From an uncultured Chloroflexia bacterium (GTDB taxonomy: Bacteria > Chloroflexota > Limnocylindria > Limnocylindrales > CSP1-4): a stretch of DNA of 64,000 bases. The notes beneath the pieces were generated by a model. That model did not search any database. It was not told the origin of the DNA and worked only from the letters and a program-made list of their open reading frames with translations. This document shows, in pieces, positions 51,313 through 60,436 of the stretch; within the stretch, counting starts at the first letter, position 1; each line of letters begins with the position of its first letter. The DNA is taken from positions 608,001 to 672,000 of the forward strand of contig CAVPPB010000001.1 in assembly GCA_963707215.1 (NCBI GenBank), read 5' to 3'. Both the position numbers and the translations under genes were made by a program.

Positions 51313-52524
51313 CTAGCCGGAGGGACTGGCGCCCGGGACTTCCCCGCCGGCACCGGCCGGGATGATCAGCGTCGCGCCGACCTGGAGCACGTCGGGATTC
51401 GGCACCGTCTCGGTGTTGGCCGCGATGAGCGCATCCAGCGACACCCCGAACTGGGCCGCGATCTTCGACATCGTGTCGCCTGACTTCACGACGTAGGTCA
51501 CCGGTGTGGGCGACGGGACGGGCGTCGGTTCGCGTGAGGGACTGGCCTCCGCCGACGCGGTCGGCGTCGGCGTCGCGGTCGCCTCGTCCCCACCCAGGCC
51601 AAGGAGCATCGGCGGGACGAAGAAGAGCGCGAGCGCCAGGGCGATGATCCCGGCGGCCGCCAGGATCAGCGGCGACCCGCCAGGCACCGAGAACCCGGTC
51701 CGGGTCCGCAGGGTCGGGTAGGCCTCGTCTCGTGGAGCTCGCTCCCATGAAGGGGCGCCGGGCTCGCCCTGGCTCCGCTGTCGGCTCCGGCCCGCGGCCG
51801 GCCCGAAGCGACGCGGCGCCTCGGCCGCGATGTCGGCCTCGGCCTCGGCCTCGTCGGCTGCCCAGGCGGCACCTGCCGCCGCACCCGCTCCGGCCGCCAC
51901 GCCTCCGCCGGCCGCGGCGTCCCGCTCCGTCGACGTCCGGGTCCGTGGTGGCGGTCCAGCGCTCGGCGTTCGGTCGCTGCCCGCCAGGAACGGTGGGGCC
52001 TCGGTCGCGTCGTACGGCGTGCCCGTCGACGGATCCGCTCCCGACGTGGCCGAGGCTCCGACCGAGCCACCGATGTCGGTATCGAGGTCGCGATCGCCTG
52101 CGCCGGTCGATGCCGTGCCGGCCCGGGCCGCGGCCGCCGGGGCGCTCGACAGCCAGGGAGGCGGGGCGGCCCAATCGCGATGGGAGGCCCGGCCGGGACT
52201 CCATTCCGGCTCGTCGGGCTCGTCGGGCTCGTCCGGCCCGGGTGGCGACGCGGGCGGCACGACCGACGTGCCGGCGAGCTCGGCGGGACTCGCCGGTCGG
52301 ACCCTGGCTGCCTCCCGAGCCGCCCAGTCGACGAACGTCGGGCAGGTCGCGAACCGCGCCGAGAGGCAGTAGGCCTCCTGGTGGGCGGCGGCCCTGGCCG
52401 CCGGCCGCACCTCGGCGAAGCAGCGGTGACGATGGTCCGGCCGATCCGCGCGATGGTCACGATCGTCGTCGAAGGCCACGAACGGGCAGGCGGTCGCCGC
52501 CTCGCGGACGTCTCGCTCGCTCAC
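51313..52524 (-). CDS. membrane-anchored LysM protein with N-terminal Cys/His cluster
   Basis: N-terminal CPF...HRC...HQEAYC...C; low-complexity linker; one TM helix; C-terminal YVVKSGDTMSKIAAQFGVSLDALIAAN LysM. Confidence 0.88.
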   Translation of the reverse strand: MSERDVREAATACPFVAFDDDRDHRADRPDHRHRCFAEVRPAARAAAHQEAYCLSARFATCPTFVDWAAREAARVRPASPAELAGTSVVPPASPPGPDEPDEPDEPEWSPGRASHRDWAAPPPWLSSAPAAAARAGTASTGAGDRDLDTDIGGSVGASATSGADPSTGTPYDATEAPPFLAGSDRTPSAGPPPRTRTSTERDAAAGGGVAAGAGAAAGAAWAADEAEAEADIAAEAPRRFGPAAGRSRQRSQGEPGAPSWERAPRDEAYPTLRTRTGFSVPGGSPLILAAAGIIALALALFFVPPMLLGLGGDEATATPTPTASAEASPSREPTPVPSPTPVTYVVKSGDTMSKIAAQFGVSLDALIAANTETVPNPDVLQVGATLIIPAGAGGEVPGASPSG

Positions 52525-52556
52525 GGTGCCCGTCGCTCGCTCACGGCGCGATGATA
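52521..52556 (-). promoter_or_regulatory. -10 element plus leaderless 7-aa uORF coupled to the LysM gene
   Basis: TATCAT (52556-52551), N6, then GTG AGC GAG CGA CGG GCA CCG TGA (52544-52521); the stop overlaps the LysM GTG. Confidence 0.55.
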
Positions 52557-52617
52557 CCCGGCGCGGCGGACCTCGGGCCGCCCGAGCGCGGCTCCAGGCC
52601 CAGCCTCGGTGCCGCAG

Positions 52618-52646
52618 TTGACAGCCCGGATCGCCCTCTCGACACT
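52618..52646 (+). promoter_or_regulatory. sigma70-type promoter of sodN
   Basis: TTGACA-17 nt-GACACT. Confidence 0.6.
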
Positions 52647-52710
52647 TCTCCCATCGGCGATCGTCGGCCGTCCCTCCCGTGGCTACGCCCCGCACGCACG
52701 AAGGAGTCTC

Positions 52711-53142
52711 ATGTCAGTCCTCAGCCGGTTCCTGGCCCCCTCCACGGTCGCTCGAGCGCACTGCGACCTGCCCTGCGGCGTCTACGACCCCGAGCAGGCC
52801 CGCATCGAGGCCGAGTCGGTCTACCGGACGATCGAGAAGTACCACGCGTCCGAGGATGCCCAGTTCCGGACCCGGGCCATCCACATCAAGGAGGAGCGCG
52901 CCGACCTGGTGAAGCACCATCTCGACGTCCTCTGGCACGACTACTTCAAGCCCGAGCACCTGGAGCAGTACCCGGACCTGGGCGACGTCTTCTGGAAGGC
53001 CGCCAAGCAGGCCTCCAAGGTGAAGGGCTCGCTCGACCTCGACGACGCCCGGGCGTTGCTCGACTACATCGACCAGGTCGACGAGATGTGGAAGGGCACC
53101 GGCGGGCCCGGCAAGACCCGCCTGGCCGGCCGCCCCGGCTGA
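52711..53142 (+). CDS. sodN: nickel superoxide dismutase precursor
   Basis: GAAGGAG SD; 16-aa leader then the Ni-hook HCDLPCGVYDP; KHHLDVLWHDYFKPEH. Confidence 0.97.
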   Translation: MSVLSRFLAPSTVARAHCDLPCGVYDPEQARIEAESVYRTIEKYHASEDAQFRTRAIHIKEERADLVKHHLDVLWHDYFKPEHLEQYPDLGDVFWKAAKQASKVKGSLDLDDARALLDYIDQVDEMWKGTGGPGKTRLAGRPG

Positions 53143-53156
53143 GCACCGGAGCACCG

Positions 53157-53747
53157 ATGCGCGACGAGAGGCCCCGCCCGACGGCGGGGCCTCGTCACGC
53201 GCCGACCGCAGGCGAGCGGCTCGGGACCTTCCTGCGCCGTCGGCTCCACGGCCTGGTCCTCGAGACGCTCTTCGCGGTCTCGGCCTTCACCGACCCCGCC
53301 TGGCGCAGGCGCCTGTGGGGGCCCTGGAGGGTGGCCGTGGCCGAGGCGTCGATGCTGCCGGCGCTGCGCCCAGGCGACTGGCTGCTCGTCGATCCCACGA
53401 CCCGGCGCTGGCCTCGGCGCGGTTCGCTGGTCGTGGTCACGGAGCCCCTCTCCGGGTCGCTCGCCGTGAAGCGGCTGGCCGGCCGGCCCGGAGACCGCGT
53501 CCCCTTCGCCGGCGGATATCTCGCCCTCGGCGACGACGAGGCCTGGCTCCTGTCCGACGCTGACGAGGCGGCCACGGCGGCAGCCGGCTTCGGCCCGCCC
53601 ATCGACTCGCGGAGGTACGGGCCGGTCTCGTTGGACCGCCTCGTCGGCCGGGTCTGGTTCCGCTATGGCCCACCTGGACGGATCGGACGCCCTACGGACC
53701 GGGCCCATGACCATCGGCCGGTGTGGCCGGAGGGTCCGCCGGCGTAG
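53157..53747 (+). CDS. sodX: S26-family peptidase, Ni-SOD maturation protease
   Basis: SMLPALRPGD (Ser), AVKRL (Lys), DSRRYGPV; directly downstream of sodN. Confidence 0.85.
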   Translation: MRDERPRPTAGPRHAPTAGERLGTFLRRRLHGLVLETLFAVSAFTDPAWRRRLWGPWRVAVAEASMLPALRPGDWLLVDPTTRRWPRRGSLVVVTEPLSGSLAVKRLAGRPGDRVPFAGGYLALGDDEAWLLSDADEAATAAAGFGPPIDSRRYGPVSLDRLVGRVWFRYGPPGRIGRPTDRAHDHRPVWPEGPPA

Positions 53748-53815
53748 GCTCGGCTCGCTGGGCCGGACGGAGCGCCGACCCGTGCCCGCACCGCTCGACC
53801 CCGGAGGTCCCCTCG

Positions 53816-54616
53816 ATGCACGACGTCCGATCCGGACCGGCCAGGATCCGTCGGCTGGTCCTGCCCGTCGCCATCACCCTTGCCCTCGCCGGTGCCGGGT
53901 GCTCCGGGGGGACCAGCCCCGGACCGACGGACGGGCCCGAGCCGACGCCCACCGCGGTACCAAGCCCTACGGCGACGCCGGATCCGAGCCCCAGCGCCGG
54001 GCCGGCAGCCTCCCCGGGTGCCACGCCGACCTCCGACGGTGGCGTCATCGGCAGCACCGGCACGGTCTCGGTGCCGGACGTCGGCCTGACCATCACCTTG
54101 CCGGACGGATGGCAGGCAGTGCCGCTCACGGCCGACGGCCTGGCGGCCATCCTCGACATCCTGCCCCCGGGTTCGCAGGTCGCCGAGATCCTGGGCCAGC
54201 AGGGCGGATCGCTGGCGCTGGCGGGAGTGCGCCTCTGGGCGCTCGACGTGGCTGCGGCGCAGCGCGGCGACCCGTTCGCGGCCAACCTCAACGTCATCGC
54301 CCAGCCCGCGCCAGAGGGCCTCACCGTCGAGCTGCTCGGGTCGCTCGCCGAGCTTCAGCTCCAGGGCCTGGATGGCACTTCGGACGTCGGGGTCGAGCCG
54401 ATCGACCTGCCGGCGGGTCCGGCGGTGCGGGCCACCTACCGACTCCAGCAGACGCTTGCCGACGGCACGACCGCCGACGTGGTCGGCCGCCAGTACTACC
54501 TGGTCGGTGGCGAGCAGCTGCTCATCCTGACCTGCAGCGGCGCCACGGCCGACGCGACGGCGCTGGAGGCTACCTTCGACGCGACCGCGCGCTCCATCGA
54601 CCTCGACGGGTCCTGA
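53816..54616 (+). CDS. putative lipoprotein with Pro/Thr linker and PsbP/DcrB-like C-terminal domain
   Basis: GGAGG SD; LAGAGC lipobox; PT-rich linker; ITLPDGW...FDATARSIDL. Confidence 0.75.
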   Translation: MHDVRSGPARIRRLVLPVAITLALAGAGCSGGTSPGPTDGPEPTPTAVPSPTATPDPSPSAGPAASPGATPTSDGGVIGSTGTVSVPDVGLTITLPDGWQAVPLTADGLAAILDILPPGSQVAEILGQQGGSLALAGVRLWALDVAAAQRGDPFAANLNVIAQPAPEGLTVELLGSLAELQLQGLDGTSDVGVEPIDLPAGPAVRATYRLQQTLADGTTADVVGRQYYLVGGEQLLILTCSGATADATALEATFDATARSIDLDGS

Positions 54617-54633
54617 CCCGGACCGCGGGGTCC

Positions 54634-55554
54634 TCAGGTCCGATCGGCGGCCGCGAGGTCGATCCGGGCGTCGATGAGCGGCAGCCCGGCCGCCTGCCAG
54701 TCCTCCACGAAGGCGGCCTGGGCCGCCCGGGTCGGTTCCCAGCGGGTCGGGAAGGCGACCAGCCGCGACAGGCCCAGCTCGCCGAGCCGGCCGAGGTAGT
54801 CGATCCGGGCCGGCCCGGCCTCGCGGACGGCGGCGTCCTTGCAGTAGAGCGAGATCTTGAGCGTGGCGGGGTCGCGGTCCTCCTCCTCGCAGCGGATCCG
54901 GGCGTTCTCCAGGTGCTCGGGGATCTCCTCTGGGTCGAGGAAGACGAGGTTGAGCTCGTCGGCGAAGCGGGCGGCGAAGCGGGCCGTCCGGCGCTTGCCG
55001 TTGCCGCCGACGATGATCGGGATCCGCGGTTCCTGGAGGCCCTTCGGCTCGTTGATGGCGCCCCGGACGCTCGCGTGCGGCCCGGCGTAGGTCGCCCGAC
55101 CGGGGAGGAGCATCCGGGTGATGACCTCGAGATGGTCGCCCAGCGCGTCGAGCCGGTCGCCCAGCGGCGGGAACCCGTAGCCGTAGGCCCGCCACTCGTC
55201 CTCCTTCCAGCCAGCCCCGATACCGAGCTCGAAGCGGCCGCCCGAGATGACGTCGATCGTCGAGCTCATCTTGGCGGTCAGGCCGGGGTTGCGGAACCCG
55301 GTGCAGACGACCATGTGGCCGAGCCGTGCGCGCAGGGTCACCATCGCGATCGCCGCCAGCATCGAGAACGACTCGAAGGTGATCTCGTCCTCAGGGACCG
55401 GCACCGTGTGGAAGTGGTCGAACACCCACAGCGACTCGACCCCGAGGGTGTCGGCATGCCCGGCAAGCTCCACCGACCGTGCCCACGCCTCGTCCGCGCG
55501 CCACCCGTCGTACTCGCCCTTCCAGCCCTGCGGGACCATCAGTCCCAGCTGCAT
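54634..55554 (-). CDS. LLM-class, probable F420-dependent oxidoreductase
   Basis: PQGW, LWVFDHF, FRNPGLTAKM, SGGRFELGIGAGW, PIIVGGNG. Confidence 0.88.
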   Translation of the reverse strand: MQLGLMVPQGWKGEYDGWRADEAWARSVELAGHADTLGVESLWVFDHFHTVPVPEDEITFESFSMLAAIAMVTLRARLGHMVVCTGFRNPGLTAKMSSTIDVISGGRFELGIGAGWKEDEWRAYGYGFPPLGDRLDALGDHLEVITRMLLPGRATYAGPHASVRGAINEPKGLQEPRIPIIVGGNGKRRTARFAARFADELNLVFLDPEEIPEHLENARIRCEEEDRDPATLKISLYCKDAAVREAGPARIDYLGRLGELGLSRLVAFPTRWEPTRAAQAAFVEDWQAAGLPLIDARIDLAAADRT

Positions 55555-55573
55555 CCGCTGTCCTCCTTCCTCG

Positions 55574-56530
55574 CTAGCCACGCAGCAGCGCCTCGGCCAT
55601 GAGGTCGATGTGGTCGAGATCCCGGGGGATGAAATCCTGGAGCATCATCCGCTCGACCCCGACGGCCGCGAAGCGGTCGACAGCGGCTCTCGCCTCGTCC
55701 GGGGTCCCCGTGATCCAGCGCTGTCTCCGCTCGGTCCACCACGGCTCGAAATCGGCGTCAGAGCCGAGCTCGACCATCAGGTCGCGACCGCGCTCCCGTA
55801 GCTCGGCCTGATCACGACCGATGAGGACGCCCACCATCGCCGAGTGGACAAGGTCCTTCGGGGACCGGCCGACGGTTCGGCACGCCTCGTCGAGTCCGGC
55901 GTAGATGGCCGCGACGCGATCCGGACCGGCCGAGGTCGCGTTGAACTCATCGGCCCAGCGGGCCGCGATCCGGTACGACCGTTGGGTGCCCGAGCTGCCG
56001 ATGATGAGCGGCGGCCTGGGCCGTCCCGGCCTGGCGACCGGCTTGGGGTACGAGCGGGCGTCCTCGATCGTGACGTGACGACCCTGGAACGACCAGCCGT
56101 CGGGCTCCTGCCAGAGTCCGCGGATGACCTCCAGGGTCTCCTCGAGGTGGTCGGCGCGCTCCTGGATGGGTGGGAAGTCGAACCCGAACTGTCGGTGTTC
56201 GCCCTCATGCCAGCCGGCCCCGACACCGACCTCCACCCGCCCGTCGCTCATCTCGTCGACCGTCGTGGCGACCTTCACGAGGTTGCCGGGGGTGCGGAAG
56301 CCGACCGGCGAGACGAGGACGCCGAGGCCGATCGTCGAGGTCTCGCGTGCGAGCCCCGCCAGGACCGCCCAGGCGTCGGTCGTCGGCTTGCCCTCGGGCC
56401 CCGGGAACGACTGATAGTGGTCCGACCGGAAGAAGGTCTCGAACCCGGCGGTCTCTGCGCGCCGGGCGATAGCCAGCTGCTCCGCGTAGGTCAACCCCTG
56501 CTGGGGCTCGATCATGAGGGCGAATCGCAT
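55574..56530 (-). CDS. LLM-class, probable F420-dependent oxidoreductase (Rv1855c-like)
   Basis: EPQQG, FRSDHY, TDAWAVLAGLARETS, VDEMSDGRVEVGVGAGW. Confidence 0.9.
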   Translation of the reverse strand: MRFALMIEPQQGLTYAEQLAIARRAETAGFETFFRSDHYQSFPGPEGKPTTDAWAVLAGLARETSTIGLGVLVSPVGFRTPGNLVKVATTVDEMSDGRVEVGVGAGWHEGEHRQFGFDFPPIQERADHLEETLEVIRGLWQEPDGWSFQGRHVTIEDARSYPKPVARPGRPRPPLIIGSSGTQRSYRIAARWADEFNATSAGPDRVAAIYAGLDEACRTVGRSPKDLVHSAMVGVLIGRDQAELRERGRDLMVELGSDADFEPWWTERRQRWITGTPDEARAAVDRFAAVGVERMMLQDFIPRDLDHIDLMAEALLRG

Positions 56531-56578
56531 GGTGGCCTCCGACGACCTGGGACCGAGCCGAGCCCGAGGTCCTTCGCC

Positions 56579-56606
56579 TTGACGACACGGTTCATGTCGA
56601 TAGAAT
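56579..56606 (+). promoter_or_regulatory. sigma70-type promoter of the marR-MFS-Rieske operon
   Basis: TTGACG-16 nt-TAGAAT, followed by an imperfect palindrome tagttcagg..ccccgaagta. Confidence 0.65.
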
Positions 56607-56625
56607 AGTTCAGGTGCCCCGAAGT

Positions 56626-57198
56626 ATGACCGCCGAACCGCCGGATCCCCTCCGACCGGACACGGCCGCGACGACCGTTTCGGTCGCCGACGACGACGCG
56701 ACGGCCGCGACGTCGGTCGACACCATCATCGCCGATGTCCAGTCGGCCATGTGCAGGATCCGGGCCGCCGGATCACGACGACTCCTGGAGCAGGGGGTCA
56801 GCATGGCCCACATGCACGTGCTCTGGCTCCTCGAGCACCAGGGGCCGCTGCCGATGAGTCGCATCGCCGAGGCGATCGACGTCTCCCTCTCCAACGCGAC
56901 CGGGCTCGTCGACCGGATGGAGGAGCGCGGCCTGGTCGAGCGGACCCGGGTACCGGAGGACCGCCGGGTCGTCATCGTCCAGCCGACCGAGCGAGGCCGC
57001 TCGGTCATGGACGAGCTGGAGCTCCTCCGCCGCAGCCACATGGAACGCATCCTCCGCCACCTCACCGCCGAACAGCTCGCGAGGGTGGGCGCCGCCCTCG
57101 ACGACATCCGGGCCGCCTACGCTGCCGAGCGCGCCGCTGCCGGGACCGAGCCGCCCGGGACCGAGATCTCCACCGAACGACCCACCGCGACCCCATGA
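56626..57198 (+). CDS. MarR family transcriptional regulator
   Basis: SNATGLVDRMEERGLVER...DRRVVIV..TERG. Confidence 0.92.
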   Translation: MTAEPPDPLRPDTAATTVSVADDDATAATSVDTIIADVQSAMCRIRAAGSRRLLEQGVSMAHMHVLWLLEHQGPLPMSRIAEAIDVSLSNATGLVDRMEERGLVERTRVPEDRRVVIVQPTERGRSVMDELELLRRSHMERILRHLTAEQLARVGAALDDIRAAYAAERAAAGTEPPGTEISTERPTATP

Positions 57199-58940
57199 CA
57201 CGAAGGGACCCGTCGCTACGCATGGAATCCACGCCCACGATCACCGACGACCCGTCCGGCGCTCTTCCGTCGGTGCACATCGGCCGCCGCGAGCGGTTCG
57301 AGATCCTCGGCGCCATCCTCCTGGCGCTGCTGCTCGGCGCCCTCGACCAGACCATCGTCGGAGTCGCCCTGCCGCGGATCGTGGCCGACCTCTCCGGCAC
57401 CGAGCTCTACACCTGGACGGTCACGATCTACCTGCTGACCAGCACGATCAGCGTCCCCTTCTGGGGGAAGCTCTCCGACATGTACGGCCGCAAGCCGATG
57501 CTGATGGCCGGTATCACCATCTTCCTGATCGGCTCCGCCCTCTGCGGCCTGTCCCAGGAGATGTGGCAGCTGATCCTCTTCCGCGGCATCCAGGGTGTCG
57601 GCGCCGGGTCGCTCTTCCCGATCGCCCTGGCCGTCATCGGCGACCTGTTCACGCCCGCCGAGCGGGGCAAGTACCAGGGCATCTTCGCCGCGGTCTTCGG
57701 CTTCGCAGCGCTCATCGGCCCGGCGCTCGGCGGGTTCCTCACCGACACCATCAGCTGGCACGCGATCTTCTACATCAACATCCCGGTCGGCCTGTTCTCG
57801 CTGGCGGTCATCTGGCGGGTCATGCCCACGCTCCGTCGCGAGGGCGCCCGCCACAACCTGGACATCCTCGGTGCGATGGTCTTCACCGCCGCCGTGGCGC
57901 CCTTCCTGATCGGGCTGACGAACGCCCAGGACAACGACTGGGTCAGCCCGCAGGTCGGCGGGCTCATCGTCGCCGGGCTGGTCATCGCCGTCGTCTTCCT
58001 GTTCGTGGAGACCCGGGCCAAGGAGCCCATCATCCCGCTCGAGCTCTTCCGGGGACGGACGTACTCGGCATCGATCGCGGCGACGTTCTTCGCCTCGCTC
58101 GGCTTCTTCGCGGCGGTCGTCTTCCTGCCGCTCTACTTCCAGGTCGCGCTGGGCAAGAGCGCTACCGAGTCCGGGTACCTGACCTTCCCGCTCCTCATCG
58201 GGGTCATCGTCGGCTCGATCGGCTCCGGCCAGATCGTCGCCCGGACCGGGCGGTACAAGGCGTTGATGCTGGGATCGCTCGTGCTGGTGGCCGTGGGATC
58301 GTTCCTGATGACGAACCTCCGTGCCGACACCGACTACCTGGTCCTCTCGGCCTGGATGCTCGTCCTGGGTCTCGGCATCGGCCCGACGCTGGCGGTCTTC
58401 ACCATCGTCGTCCAGAACGCGGTCCCGATGGCCAAGCTCGGGGCGGCCAGCTCGTCGCTCACCTTCTTCCGCCAGATCGGCGGCTCGGTCGGCCTGGCCG
58501 TGGCCGGCTCGTTCTTCGGGGCCCGGATCGTGACCAACGTCACCGATGGGCTGGCCGCCTCGGGTGTCCCGCCTGAACTCGCCGGTCAGTTCGGCGGAGC
58601 CAGCTTCGACCGCGACGTGCTGAGCGCCGGCGTCGACCTCACGGCGGCGCTCACCCAGGCCGTCCAGGCCGCACCAATCCCCGATGCGATCAAGGAGCAG
58701 GCCCTGGCCTTCGTCCCGACCATCGTCGACACGATCTACGGGGCGATGTCGATCACCATCGGCGAGGTCTTCTGGCTCGGGGTCGGCGCCGCGGTCCTGG
58801 CCTTCGTCGCCTCGCTGTTCGTCGTCGAGATCCCGCTCCGGGCCACCTTCGGGCCGCGGCCGGCAGCTGCGGACGGTCCCGCCGCGGGGGCCGAGCCCGC
58901 GGGCGCCCTCCCGGTGCCGGTCGAGGTCGCGGAGCGATGA
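57195..58940 (+). CDS. MFS drug efflux transporter, DHA2 (14-TM)
   Basis: ALDQTIV, GKLSDMYGRK, FRGIQGVG, GPALGG, FYINIPVG; ATGA overlap with marR. Confidence 0.93.
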   Translation: MTRRDPSLRMESTPTITDDPSGALPSVHIGRRERFEILGAILLALLLGALDQTIVGVALPRIVADLSGTELYTWTVTIYLLTSTISVPFWGKLSDMYGRKPMLMAGITIFLIGSALCGLSQEMWQLILFRGIQGVGAGSLFPIALAVIGDLFTPAERGKYQGIFAAVFGFAALIGPALGGFLTDTISWHAIFYINIPVGLFSLAVIWRVMPTLRREGARHNLDILGAMVFTAAVAPFLIGLTNAQDNDWVSPQVGGLIVAGLVIAVVFLFVETRAKEPIIPLELFRGRTYSASIAATFFASLGFFAAVVFLPLYFQVALGKSATESGYLTFPLLIGVIVGSIGSGQIVARTGRYKALMLGSLVLVAVGSFLMTNLRADTDYLVLSAWMLVLGLGIGPTLAVFTIVVQNAVPMAKLGAASSSLTFFRQIGGSVGLAVAGSFFGARIVTNVTDGLAASGVPPELAGQFGGASFDRDVLSAGVDLTAALTQAVQAAPIPDAIKEQALAFVPTIVDTIYGAMSITIGEVFWLGVGAAVLAFVASLFVVEIPLRATFGPRPAAADGPAAGAEPAGALPVPVEVAER

Positions 58941-59422
58941 CGGCCACCCGCCCATTCCCCTACCCGTCCCGACTCGAGGTCTCCGGCGTCGCGGATGCAT
59001 CCCATCGTCCCCTGCTGGCAGCCGAGGAGCTGCCCACGGGTGAGGCGCGGCGGATCGCGGTGGACGACCTCGACCTCCTTGTCGCCCACCTGCCCGAGGG
59101 GATCGTCGTGGTCGACGACCGCTGCCCGCACATGGCGGCTCCCCTCTCGATCGGTCGCCTGGAGGGATGCGTGATCTCCTGCCCCCTCCACGAGGGTCGT
59201 TTCGATCTCTGCTCGGGCGATCCGGTCCAGCTGCCGACCACCGGCGGGCTCGACCCGGACGGCCGGCCGTTCGCGCCATGGACGCCGACGGGCCGGGAGC
59301 CGAAGCCAGACCTGCCCGGGACGAAGGCCGAGGCCCGCCGGCTCACCCGAGTGCGCCGCTTCCGCTACTACCCGGTCCGGGTCGTCGACGGGGTCATCGA
59401 GGTGCGCATCCCCGGCGGCTAG
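58937..59422 (+). CDS. Rieske [2Fe-2S] ferredoxin-like protein
   Basis: CPH...CPLH ligand motifs; ATGA overlap with the MFS gene. Confidence 0.88.
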   Translation: MTATRPFPYPSRLEVSGVADASHRPLLAAEELPTGEARRIAVDDLDLLVAHLPEGIVVVDDRCPHMAAPLSIGRLEGCVISCPLHEGRFDLCSGDPVQLPTTGGLDPDGRPFAPWTPTGREPKPDLPGTKAEARRLTRVRRFRYYPVRVVDGVIEVRIPGG

Positions 59423-59469
59423 GAGGATCCGGGCGCCGTTCCGGCGCGCCGCCGCGCGATCGGGACCCG

Positions 59470-60237
59470 TCAGCCGCCGTCGCCCGCCTCGCTCACCGTG
59501 CGGCGACCCCGGCGCCGTCGACGCCGGGTTGAGGCGGCGATGACGCGGACGACCTCCCCGGGGTCGTCGGTGATCGTCACCAGGTCCAGGTCCGAAGCCG
59601 AGATCGTCCCGCCCGGGACGAGCGCTTCGCGGGCCCAGTCGATCAGACCCGACCAGAAGGCCTCGCCCACGAGGACCACCGGGAAGTGCTCGATCTTGCC
59701 GGTCTGGATGAGCGTGAGCGACTCGAACAGCTCATCGAGCGTCCCGAAGCCTCCGGGCATGATGACGAACCCGTCGGCGTACTTCACGAACATCGTCTTG
59801 CGGGCGAAGAAGTAGCGGAACTCGATGGCCCGGTCGACGTACGGGTTGATCGCCTGCTCGTGTGGGACCTCGATGTTGCAGCCGATCGACAGCCCTCCGG
59901 CCTCCCGGCAACCACGATTGGCGGCCTCCATCAGCCCGGGTCCGCCACCGGTGATGACCGCGAAGCCGGCCTCGGCCAGGGCTCGCCCGATCGCCCGGGC
60001 GAGCTCGTAGCGCGGATCACCCTCGAGGACACGAGCCGAGCCGAAGACCGAGACGGCCGGCCCGATCCCGGCGAGGGCGTCGAAGCCGTCGACGAACTCC
60101 GAGAGGATCCGCAGCGCCCGCCAGGGGTCGCTGTCAAGGAAGGCCGGGCGGCCGGCCTCCCGCAGCAGCTTCTGGTCCTCGGTGGGGCGCCGCGCCGGCT
60201 TCCGCCGGGCGGCACGGTCGCGGGCCTGCTCGCTCAC
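59470..60237 (-). CDS. LOG family nucleotide phosphoribohydrolase (TIGR00730-like)
   Basis: VFGSAR, TGGGPGLM, FFARK, PGGFGTLDE. Confidence 0.92.
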   Translation of the reverse strand: MSEQARDRAARRKPARRPTEDQKLLREAGRPAFLDSDPWRALRILSEFVDGFDALAGIGPAVSVFGSARVLEGDPRYELARAIGRALAEAGFAVITGGGPGLMEAANRGCREAGGLSIGCNIEVPHEQAINPYVDRAIEFRYFFARKTMFVKYADGFVIMPGGFGTLDELFESLTLIQTGKIEHFPVVLVGEAFWSGLIDWAREALVPGGTISASDLDLVTITDDPGEVVRVIAASTRRRRRRGRRTVSEAGDGG

Positions 60238-60436
60238 GGAGCGAGGATGCCACATGGAGACGTCGCCGGCGTGCCGTGGGCCCGGGCGTGGCGGACCCGC
60301 CGGCGCCCTGGTGGGACGTCTCGCACCTGGTGCCCGTCGCGATCGTTGGGTGGACGGACAGCGGGCGGGGGCTGCCGTGCCCCCGAAACCGAGGCCCGGC
60401 GGTCCCAGCGCGGCCACCGGCCCGCGGCCGCCCCGA

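Noticed and set aside
52208-52233. 9-nt tandem repeat (ggctcgtcg, about three copies)
   Set aside because: It encodes PDE repeats in a disordered linker; not CRISPR-like, no spacers.
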